Made by a program: the position numbers and the translations under genes. Under the pieces are notes generated by a model. It was not told the origin of the DNA. It ran no database searches and saw nothing but the letters and a program-made list of their open reading frames with translations. From assembly GCA_950097015.1 (NCBI GenBank), contig CATNEN010000031.1, positions 558,001-622,000 of the forward strand: a DNA stretch of 64,000 nt, written 5' to 3'. Source of the DNA: Macrostomum hystrix. Lineage: Eukaryota > Animalia > Platyhelminthes. Every line of letters starts with the position of its first letter. Within the stretch, counting starts at the first letter, position 1. This document shows positions 1 to 10,519 of the stretch, in pieces.

Positions 1-49
1 CCCTGCGGTGAGCCAGAAAGCTAAAGATCCAGGTCCAGTTCAGATGCAG

Positions 50-1130
50 GTCCTTCAGTAGACTGTCACACCTTCTCATGGCTCTTGATTAGACTGCCAC
101 TTTCTCATGTTTCTTGGGGTTGACTGCCAATCTCTAATGGTCCTTGAGTTGACTGCCAATCTCTAATGGTCCTTGAGTTGACTGCCAATCTCTAATGGCC
201 CTTGAGTTGACTGCCAATTTCTAATGGCTCGTGAGTTGACTGCCAATCTCTAATGGCCATTGAGTTGACTGCCAATCTCTAATGGCCCTTGAGTTGACTG
301 CCAATTTCTAATGGCTCTTGAGTTGACTGCCAATTTCTAATGGCCCTTGAGTTGACTGCCAATCTCTAATGGCCCTTGAGTTGACTGCCAATCTCTAATG
401 GCCCTTGAGTTGACTGCCAATTTCTAATGGCCCTTGAGTTGACTGCCAATCTCTAATGGTCCTCGAGTTGACTACCAATCTCTAATGGCCCTTGAGTTGA
501 CTGCCAATTTCTAATGGTTCTTGAGTTGACTTCCAATCTCTAATGGTCCTTGAGTTGACTGTCAATCTCTAATGGTCTTTGAGTTGACTGCCGATTTCTA
601 ATGGTCCTTGAGTTGATTGCATTTTCTCATGGTCCTTCAGTAGACAGCTTTTTTCTCATTGTCCTTCTATAGACTACCACTCTCTCATGGTTCTTGAGTA
701 GACTACCGCTCTCTCATGGTTCTTGAGTAGACTACCACTCTCTCATGGTTCTTGAGTAGACTACCACTCTCTCATGGTTCTTGAGTAGACTACCACTCTC
801 TCATGGTTCTTGAGTAGACTACCACTCTCTCATGGTTCTTGAGTAGACTACCACTCTCTCATGGTTCTTGAGTAGACTACCGCTCTCTCATGGTTCTTGA
901 GTAGACTACCACTCTCTCATGGTTCTTGAGTAGACTACCACTCTCTCATGGTTCTTGAGTAGACTACCACTCTCTCATGGTTCTTGAGTAGACTACCACT
1001 CTCTCATGGTTCTTGAGTAGACTACCACTCTCTCATGGTTCTTGAGTAGACTACCACTCTCTCATGGTTCTTGAGTAGACTACCACTCTCTCATGGTTCT
1101 TGAGTAGACTACCGCTCTCTCATGGTTCTT
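50..1130. repeat. 29-bp tandem repeat (minisatellite) with two sub-arrays
   Basis: Unit A GAGTTGACTGCCAATCTCTAATGGYCCTT at ~118-610. Unit B GAGTAGACTACCACTCTCTCATGGTTCTT at ~685-1130. Both have period 29, with degenerate copies at the 5' edge and between the blocks. Confidence 0.95.
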
Positions 1131-2710
1131 TAAAATACTTACGAAGGCCGATCAAATTTTCCTATTCGCACAGCTGTGCCGCCTAGCACAGTGATGCTAG
1201 ATGAGGCTGAGTTCCTCCAACCCGCTAGTCCATCCGTAGCGCGCACCGGTGAGCACAGCCCACTGACTGATGAGTCTAGCTGCTCGGCGATCTCCCTGCC
1301 ACTCTGCCAGCACCATCGTGGCCGCCTTACCGACTGCTCAGCAGAGTTTGAGTGTCCAGTGTGCCGCTCTCTAGCATTATTCGAACAGCTCATCCGCTGC
1401 GAACTGCAGCTGCTTGAGACTGAACAGACGGGCGACTGCAGTATCGGCAATTTCGAGCACTGTCTTCGACTTACCCGATGCCTGATAAGGTACACATGCG
1501 CGCGGGATCAATGAGCAAGCTGCATTAGTGGAAACCTTCTAATGCATATCGATCCTGATCTGCCTGTGCTGAACTGCCTGTAATGCTGTCGGCCTACCAC
1601 TGCGGTGAGCCATCCCCGTAAGCTGTGAGCTCTATCCACTTTCATGGTTGCCACAGTGCATCGGATCTGATAAATAGTTTTTCCTGCTTTCGCTTTAGAA
1701 AATATGCGTGGGGTCTCTGGCCTCATTTAGGTTTGAGAAACTGTCGGCACCAGCCGTGACTTTGTCCATCTTCATGCGCAGCCATTGACATCATTTCGTA
1801 AAATTTATTTCCGCCCCGTTTTCTACCTCTCCGCTCGCTTGAGGCTCGACAGTTGCTCCCACCTCTACTGCTTTATTTTCGCTACATTGCCTCCTGAATA
1901 TAATTTTTTGTGTAGATTTCCGCATCTTACAGGGAAATTCTACTTATGTTTTATTCGTACTCCGAAGCTGACACAATATCCATTGATTCCATTTTGTATT
2001 AAGTTATATTAATTACTTTACCGTAGTTTTTTTATTAGAGAAAGCCCTGAGATTTGTGTGCCGGTGTGCTTTCAACATCCGTTGGTCCGCCAAAATATAA
2101 TACATAAGGAAGACAGTCTTTGATAATATTGTGTACATCTAGTCAAGCCTTATTGGTGAGCACCTGTAATGCGGATCTTATGAAGAAGTCCTTCTGACGA
2201 TGGCCTCATGTCCTTGGATTTGTGTCGTAATTTATGAAATTTACAACCAATTCCATGTTTCGAAGACTCAGATGCTAAAAATAGCATCCCTATTCCGGAA
2301 TACACGTGAAAGTAAAGTATTACTCATTCAAAAAGGTGTCCGGTATTGCAGCAAAGCTTGACAAGATGCTTCTGAATGGGCCAGAAAAACTACCCATCCA
2401 AAAAAATATCTGAGAATTTCAAAGTTGCTATTTTTAGACCCCGAAAGATGCTTCAAAGATGGAGCTCAGGAGCTGTGCAATTTATAGGGTACTGCAGATT
2501 CTTCGCAAGATTTCCCTTGGACTGCTCATATCGAATACTCTGTTGAGACTTGTTGTCTCTAAGTGGCCATTCCGTGGCATTATTGTTAATATTGGTCTAT
2601 AAATACTATGGCTCAGTTAGCTACCTTATTGTTAGTGAATTTGCTAATAAGTTTTAAGCAGATTTTTATTGCTTTCAATCGAAGTTTGTTTTATCCAAAC
2701 CTTGGCCCAG

Positions 2711-3241
2711 ATGTCGTTCGGCTTCATTACAAACATAGTTACTTTTGCGTTGCTGATCACGCTCTTTGGGAAGACGTGTGCTTCACCTTTGAGGTCAGGA
2801 GGGTTCGCAGACTTAGTCAACATCTGCAGCACCCAGCTGGCCCAGCTGTCTATGGAGCAACTATCTACGGGTCAACAAGTCATGTCAATGACTGGCCCTG
2901 GCTCGCTATTTAATAGTCACGCAGCCAGTGTGGTCAGCTCAGCAACCATTGGCCTGGACTCTCCGTGCCCCTTCACGGAGCGGATGGTGTTCGCTATTAA
3001 CGGGAGGCCGTGTATCGGCGGAATGCCCTGCTACATTGACAGGATCTGCAGGTCGACCCGGCCACGGAGCGCCATCGGGGATGAGTCTCTCAGCCACCGT
3101 CACTACCGTTGCAGCAAGAGCAGCAGGTACCCGGAGTATCGCCAATTTGCATTCGTGCACATTGGCTCTTGCGGTGGTGTGCACTTTTATAAGCGAATAG
3201 TGATTCAGCCTGAGGTGTGCCTGCTCATTTACGCTATTTAA
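2711..3241 (+). CDS. Putative secreted Cys-rich protein, possibly IL-17/cystine-knot-like (176 aa, single exon)
   Basis: ATG at 2711 begins a signal-peptide-like segment MSFGFITNIVTFALLITLFGKTCA|SPL. The C-terminal half has SPCPF...C..C...C...YRC...GSCGG...EVC. The family assignment is by eye only. Confidence 0.5.
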   Translation: MSFGFITNIVTFALLITLFGKTCASPLRSGGFADLVNICSTQLAQLSMEQLSTGQQVMSMTGPGSLFNSHAASVVSSATIGLDSPCPFTERMVFAINGRPCIGGMPCYIDRICRSTRPRSAIGDESLSHRHYRCSKSSRYPEYRQFAFVHIGSCGGVHFYKRIVIQPEVCLLIYAI

Positions 3242-5144
3242 CTTGAATTCTGCCCGAATTTTACTTTCCCAATTCTTCCCACCCGTTTAGCCTAATCAGA
3301 TGCTGTGCACTTGACTCAAGAGTAGTAGCCTTTTGGTATCCAAGTCTCCTGATTGATTTTGATGCCCTTACATGACACATTGAAACAAAGAGTGCAAGTA
3401 TGTCATTATTTTTTTTTTCGAATGCGCAATGACTGCCACAATTTAATTTGATTTTTCAGCACATACGAGTAGTACGAGCATTAGTGTGCTTATTTGTCTA
3501 TTTCTTTTCTTTAAAGAAGCTTTCGGTCTTTCTAAGGTACCACAGAAAGAGGGGCTATATTTTAGCTGACATGACCAATAGAAGTGAAATGGCAGAAGCA
3601 ACTGCTATGTAAATCTGGCTACATGAGCTCAACGGGGTATGAAAATAATTTCAGATGGTCGCATATTGCAAAATCTGTTCAAGCTTCGTGCTTAGAATTC
3701 TACAATGAATGGCGCCAAAAAGCGAGATGTACGAGTATAAAGGCTATATTTATCGTGTTAAGAAAGGCGTTTCACTTATTCGAGTAGACGAAACCCTTCA
3801 ATTTATAGAAACCAATGGCTGTGTGCTGCTAAATTTATACGAGCTCGTAAGTGCGTCAGAAGATCCGTTTACGTGAGCATTTTGCCTGTGACTATGCTCT
3901 AATTACGCCCTTTATGCAATAGCTAATTTATGCTCAAGCATGGACTCTGCAGCATCTATTCTCAGATCATTAGTATTCCCCTGAATTTATTTGCTCAACA
4001 AGAAAAACACCGTGTTGTACAGTAGTAATTGTGGCGCATAAATTTAATTTTATGCATGGATTGTACGATATACGCAGATGAAAGTGGCGTTCTGTTCCAA
4101 AGCTTAATCTGTACTTGGATGCAGGGAAATTTCCAGTCAATTCCACTCACCACCCTCACCAGCATTATTTTGTTAATTGTGTAATAAAAAACCTAAAGGT
4201 CGCAGTACGTTCCAAAAAACTGACATTTGACAACTCCCTTACTTTGTTAAGCCAGATCATAAATAAGAAATATACGAGTAAGACGCTGTATTGTAGTGTA
4301 AAATGATTAGAATGATTAGAATGATAACAGGGTGATTATTATTGCTACGGTTATGTTATCGACTATTGTGTCTTTAAAGTGCGGGTTGGTGCTACGAGTA
4401 CAATGTGCGAATGCCAATCCAAAGACTGCTTTTAACTAGGAGCGCAACACCTTGGTTGAAAGGTAGACAATTGGCGGTGGATAATTGACAATGACACAGT
4501 GTGGAGGTGGAGAAGCAAGGTCAGGCTTTAGTGCTCATAAGACAATATGTTGTGTGCAATGCGCTTTGTGACTTTATCAAACGGTGTTACAACTCAACCA
4601 ATTTCTTTAACGGTAAAATATTTGACAACACAGGAATAGCGCATGCAAGCAAGACGATTGTGCTTTCAGCGAATAGTTGAAAAATTATTGTTGACCATGC
4701 GCTGTTTGGCAAGCCTACTCCTTAACGACATGCCAGAATGCCTACTTGTTTTAAGTTCGTAAGATATTGCAGCTTTAAATTATCATTCCGTGCAAAAAGG
4801 TACATCGCGTATTCGGGCAAGCTTGCTGTAATTTTGGGTTTTAAATCGACTTATTGGTGGCTAGTTCACTAAAATGAGAATTAGTAAGACTAACAATCAA
4901 ATAGATAAGCTTACAAACAATAGATATATACGGCACATGTCATACTTATAGTCAACACTAACATGTACGCAGACGAGACAACGTAAAAATATGCTAAGAA
5001 AATCATTGCTTTTTGTAGAACGCGAAAACATAAATGTTAATTTTTTTATACTTCTTACTAGTAGTGGGCTTTGAGAAAAATTATATTGTCCCTTGATTGA
5101 TGATGTCGCGAACTCGATAAACAACGAGGGTCGGAAAGAAGACA

Positions 5145-6218
5145 TCAGCACTCGGCCTTCTCCTCCAGCGGCGCGGTAGCAGCGTGACGCAGCGACTCAG
5201 CCTTGACACTGTCGCCATCTTCGGCAAGCGGGCGCCTCTTTGTGGCCAGCTGGCCGCTAGAAGTTGGCGTCCGCGGCTGCTGTAGATGCGGCTGCGTCAT
5301 GGCCGCAGGGAAACTGGCGCGTTCGACTTCGTATTCATCCTCTTCCGCAGCTTCGTTGCAAAGTGCTGCAGCTTCTTGGTCGGCCAGAAGCTGTAGTGGC
5401 TTGGCGAAGACCAGCTCGTAGATCCAGGCGCCCAGGACCGCGCCGACGTATGGACCTAGCAGCGGCACCCAGAAGTAAAATGACCTCGAGCTGAACACTT
5501 CCGGGCCGTAGCCTAGAGCCAGGGTTGCCAGGCGAGGGGCGAAGTCACGAGCCGGATTCAGACAGGTGCCGGATACGATCGCCTCTGAGACGATGATACC
5601 AGTGACAACCAGGCCGATCAGCAGCGGCTGGAGAGCCAGAGGGGCGTTCAGATTGTTTGGATCTGAGACTGCCCTGGCAGCTAGCAGCAGCAGGGAGGTT
5701 CCGACGACCTGGTCAGCAAAGGCCACTCCATTGTTGATTGCCGGGTTAGGCCCGGTGAAGAAAGTGCCGGCGGTTCCGTTCGGACCAAAGGCAACAAGCT
5801 GGCCTTGATTCAGATTGTTGAAGATCTGGAAGTAAAGCAGGTTAACAATCATAGCGCCCAGAAAGCCGCCCAGGTACTGCGCCCAGTGGTACAGAAGCAT
5901 GTGCTTGAAGCTCATCTTGCGCAGCGTGAACATAGCGAATGAGACCGCAGGGTTGACGTGGCCCCCAGAGAGGCGCAGGCTGAGCATGATGCCAGTCATG
6001 ATACCCAGGCCGTTGCCGATGCCCACAGATGTTATGAAGTTTTTTATGCCTTTGCGTTGAGTGATGGTGGCTAGGCCGCAGCCGAGGTCTACAATGGTCA
6101 CCAGCACCATTGTGCCAACCAGCTCAGAAAAGAATAACTGCGAGGGCCTGTGACGCATCACGAGGCGAGACTCGACTCGCGACCAGGTCAAGCGACGGCG
6201 ATCCTCGTGGGTGGGCAT
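5145..6218 (-). CDS. Aquaglyceroporin (AQP3/7/9/10-like), intronless
   Basis: Two NPA motifs (SGGHVNPAVSFA; GTCLNPARDFAPR, with the glyceroporin-type D after the second NPA) and six hydrophobic helices; TAGTFFTGP; FWVPLLGPYVGAVLGAWIY. First plausible ATG is at 6218 (MPTHED). Confidence 0.93.
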   Translation of the reverse strand: MPTHEDRRRLTWSRVESRLVMRHRPSQLFFSELVGTMVLVTIVDLGCGLATITQRKGIKNFITSVGIGNGLGIMTGIMLSLRLSGGHVNPAVSFAMFTLRKMSFKHMLLYHWAQYLGGFLGAMIVNLLYFQIFNNLNQGQLVAFGPNGTAGTFFTGPNPAINNGVAFADQVVGTSLLLLAARAVSDPNNLNAPLALQPLLIGLVVTGIIVSEAIVSGTCLNPARDFAPRLATLALGYGPEVFSSRSFYFWVPLLGPYVGAVLGAWIYELVFAKPLQLLADQEAAALCNEAAEEDEYEVERASFPAAMTQPHLQQPRTPTSSGQLATKRRPLAEDGDSVKAESLRHAATAPLEEKAEC

Positions 6219-7099
6219 TGGTCGATCTGTGAGTTGGTTAGAGAGGCCGTAATAATACGAGCTAACAGAACAAGCAAAATACACGTCGCACCTTTTAAGA
6301 ATCAGCTCGCGACGTACGAGCTATAAGAACCAAATGTTATAGAATAATAGTTGATTCTTAGTCAACTTCTATCAAATTTTCTAAACTATTTTATACTCGC
6401 TGATTCTGACCACTTCCTTCAGCCGCGCAAAGAGCAAATAGCAGAATACCATAACCTAGTCCTTAAGCTAGCTAGGGGAAATATGAAAAAACATCTTACC
6501 TATTCGAAGGATCTCTTGTCGGAATCGAAGACAGCTCAGTCTGTTTGAGCGGATCCTAAACCGGAGTTCTAGGCTAACTGAGGATAAAGAACAGAGGAAG
6601 GATAAAGGACAACTGAAGAAAGAAAGCGAGGGCTTGGATACCTAGGAGTGGCAGCAGGTAAAATTGTCGAGCGGCAACCAGCTCGATTGGCTGAGTCAGG
6701 CGGTAAATGCAGGTGGGAGGTGATGTCCGGGATGCAGCCTACCTACGTGTAGACTAGAAGGGGCGTGGCAACCGTCACACCATCCTCGTGTGAGCCACAA
6801 GAGCAGAGCACAATGTACGATGCTGGCCCTGTGTCCCGCTGTACTTCTCTGGCCTGCAATCCCAAGGGCTTGGGTCCAGGGGAAGAAGAGAGAGAGGGAA
6901 GGTGAGAATAAGAGAGAGAAGTTGGGGGATTTCGGAAAGGCAGGCAAGTACAATTCCTGATCCTTGCCATTGAGGAATGAAGAAAATATTAGCATAGAAA
7001 GGAATGCCATGCTCATTAGTAGACAAAGGAGTAAAGTTAATACAGGACAGGGAACATGCACCGGAGCAGACTGCCGTCTGTACTCAGATGCGGGCAGAA

Positions 7100-7870
7100 T
7101 CTAAAGCGGTTTAATCTAGTTTTAAAAGGCCTGAAAGGATGAAGACAAAAATATATTTAAGCAATTTTGACTGCATGGAAAATGTGGACTTAAAATAGAC
7201 ATGAGCGAATCTGTCTGCAATAAATGCATAGACTGTAGAGCGGGTGGATTGATTTGAGCTTTCCATGCACCCCAGTTTAAGTCTAAGTGATTGAAGATGT
7301 GGGTTCTATAATGTCGGTGCAGTGGAATGAGCTCACATACTAGGATTAAATCCGACACCTAGGCTAACATTTTGGACTATGCTATGAAAGGTATCTTGTA
7401 CAATTTTGTGCACTGTTACATACAAGCTAATTTAGCGGGGATTTGATGAGAAATACAAGCAAAAATTTGCAGAATACTGTTTGCAGATAGTAGCTTCACT
7501 GATTAGAAAATGCGAGGGTTAATTAGCTACGAGCTAATTGCCTTTTTACACTTACCTTACAGAGTGAAGGTGACAAACAGTAAGTTTTCAAGTGTTTTGC
7601 TTTCTTAATGGCCTCTGTGACTGTTCATACTGACTCTGAGACCTCCCAGGCTTGATAAGAGCTCAAAGTCAGATACGAGCTAAAGAGTCGGTAGAGCTGA
7701 GCTGCACAGGTTGAGGCTTGAGGCCACTGGCTGGCGGGAGGTAAGGGGAGGGGAAGCGGGAGAGTAACAAAACCGGGATAAGAGGGGGCAGCTCCAGCTG
7801 CGGATCTGGCTTGAGCCGGTTTTTGATCATTGAAACATTGTCAGTTTCAAGCACTGAGCCTGTCGAGATT
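7100..7870 (-). mobile_element. Highly decayed CR1/L2-like LINE fragments
   Basis: The minus strand gives NIFLSSSFQAFKTRLNR (~7170-7105), resembling CR1/L2 ORF2 C-termini. It also gives a Pro-rich VQLSSTDS..K.G segment (~7860-7640) resembling the pre-RT linker. Many stops. Confidence 0.35.
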
Positions 7871-8449
7871 TAGTTCAAAGGAGGTAGGCAGTCGAAGATG
7901 TGAAGATGCCAAAGGACTATAAAACACAATGTGAAGAACTCAGTTTTTCTTTGCCAAAGGAATCAACGCCAGTTACTATCTTACCCGCAGTATGGAACTG
8001 GATTCCATGCAAATCTTGTGCTTGTCTAGGAGGGCGTCGCCAATCACTCAATGCACTTTCTTATCTACTTTAATTCTTTACTGTCTAGTCTCATACTGTG
8101 CTCAATGTAAATTTATGCCATTACTCTTGATATTGAAGCGTATTTGCTTCGTTCGGTCCGCGATAATTTTATAGCGTCTGCTCACAAATTTCCATGAGCG
8201 TTGTCAACAATAAAGTACTGCGGCATGCAGATATTTGGAACTGGAAACTAAATTTAGTGTCTTCAATATCCCTTTGCGTTGTTGATACTCTATACTCTTT
8301 GCACTAAAGAAAGTTCTGCGGACTGCTAAGCTGCTAAGCCCACAGCTGTGCAGCAACATACATAAGTACCTTTATTAAATCTTTGCGCCATATTGAACTC
8401 AATTGATTTTGTCGCTGTTTTGAGCACTGTGGTCTAGGACTGGGCAAAA

Positions 8450-10060
8450 TGTTTATAGAATAATGTTCTCTAACAATAAAAAAGTCCCCCCCGATTACAG
8501 TGTCTGGCGCTTTGGCGTAGCAGAAAATGCAGTCCTCGTATATCCTGTCAACTCCTTAGCGGACCCTGCAAGCTGAGCAGCAGAACATTCTAAACAGGCT
8601 GTGCGCAGTAGCTTTCAGCCTGGATTACGTGGCCCGCCAGTTGAAGCCGCCGCCGGCACAGGATGATGGATGGGCATAGCAGCTGGGCCCTCTCGTACAG
8701 GGCCTTGGTGCCGACGATCTCGTCAGCTTGGAAGGCCGCGCGGAGCAGCCCCGAGTGCACCGAGTCCAGCTGCCGCTCTGCCATCAGCGTCCACGTCTCG
8801 GCGTTGCACAACAGGACGGTCTCGACAACAGCCTGCCACAGCCAAGCCCTCTGGCTGTTGGGCAGCGCTATGGACTGGAGTTCGGCGGAATACCGACCGG
8901 TAGGCCGCCCAGGCGAGTTCTCTGCGCCGCCTTAGGTTGTCTTCGACGTTGGGCACCCGAACGCCAAGGTATGTGAACTTCTTGCAGCGAGCGAGCCTGG
9001 TCGTCTGCCTCTCTGCCCCGCAGCAGCACGTCAGGTCCACTGGAATGTCGTCCGGCACGGTTAGCAATGTCGTCCGACGCGTGCCGCCACACTAACAAGC
9101 TTGTCAATCTGGCGCTGGGCGTTTTTTAACTGATGAATACAAAAGTGCGAGGTCGTGTGCGTAGCCGCTTCTCGTTGTGGCGGCGACCGATGGGCCTACG
9201 CAGCAGGACGCCGTCGAAGACCGAGCACCCATTTTAAGAGCTTCACGAATAGAAATGGCGCCTAGGTGTCGCCCTGTAGCACCCCTGACGAGGTTTCGAA
9301 CAGGTCAAACAGGCTATCCGCCGTCTCCACAGCAGCACGCGTGTCGCGGTACAACGACATGATGGCGTCTATGAGCTACTGTGGCACCCAGCAGGCACGA
9401 AGGACGAATGGGAGCGCGACTCTTCTCTATGACACGATCGAGAGCGAGGATCTGAGTCACCGTACCGCGACCGGAATCCGTTCTGTTCGTATCTCAGATA
9501 CGGATGCAGCAGATCGAGACTGCAGATGATCGAGAAGCAGTCGGTTGAATAACTTTGCTGTACAAGTCATCAGCGAGATCCCACGATGGTCTTCTTTCCG
9601 CATCGTCCTGCCTTCTTCAGGATGGGCAAGCACGACATCTCCCGTGGTGATTGGGCTGGTGCTAAATTCTGTCTCAGCTGGCAACGACGTGTCCGTTGGC
9701 AGCTCGAAGCTTGAGGGCAGCGGCGGCGCTGGTGCATTCACGGCGAAGAAGTCGCTCATTCCTGCGCTCCCGTCACCGGCCGGATTCAGCGCCACACGCT
9801 TCTTGCGTCCCATCATTGTCTTAACGGCAGTCCACACTGCGCGGCTTTTCATGTCGGGGCCAGCGGACTGGACAGCGTCGTCGACGGCAAACTACTGCCG
9901 CTCATCTAGAAGACGCACCCGTGGACCGTCGATATTATCGAAGCCGCTCGATGTTCAGCTACCTGAAAAAGTCACCAGGCGGGTAGGGGGCTTGCGGAGC
10001 TGGGTGTTTGCAGACATTGGGTCTAGCCGGTTTAGCAGATCCTTTAGCACATCAGTGTGA
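8450..10060 (-). mobile_element. Decayed RTE-like non-LTR retrotransposon (RT and C-terminal part of ORF2)
   Basis: Minus-strand motifs in order: DHRGISLMTCTAKLFNRLLL; QERIP..VTQILALDR-like; SGVLQGDT*APFLF (~9290-9245); YAHDLALL (~9163-9140, from YADD); KFTYLG; WQAVVETVLLCNAETWT; RRRLQLAGHV. Frameshifts and stops throughout. Confidence 0.85.
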
Positions 10061-10519
10061 GCGATCTCTCGTCTCGTTAAAATAAAAAAAGAATGACTCT
10101 TCGCACATTTCTGGATTTCAAGTTAGTACATCAAGTTAGTAGATTAGTAGTTTAAAATGAGAACCGATCTACTTGCAAGTAGTAATATCGCTGTGGACAG
10201 ATTACCTCGACCTGCTTCTTTTTCCATTATTGTGTACTTCATTCTTGTGTACTTAAAGTATGAATTTTTGCTTTATACTCGTAGCTTTAGTCAAAGAGAA
10301 AATCAATGCGCAGGGCAAATATGCGGCTAGATTCATGAAATTGGTCAGAATTACGTAAGAATTTAATGTAAACTATGGTAATTAAGTCTTACAATCTTTA
10401 TAAAAGATGTCAGAATATATATAACAGGGCAATCTTATAATAGTGAGAATCCAGAGCAGATTTAGCTCGAACAAGGTCAAAGCCTTGACGGAGGCGTCTT
10501 CCTTGTAGCATTCAGACGA

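Noticed and set aside
50-1130. CRISPR-like array of ~29-bp repeats
   Set aside because: Repeats are head-to-tail with no unique spacers, there are no cas genes, and the context is eukaryotic.
1139-1730. ORFs 1176-1514 (+, with CPVC) and 1508-1726 (-), plus a minus-strand ASGKSKT P-loop-like stretch
   Set aside because: No coherent domain, and the minus frame has several stops. Probably a decayed gene or element that I cannot classify.
9545-10060. 171-aa plus-strand ORF
   Set aside because: Antisense shadow of the RTE-like element.
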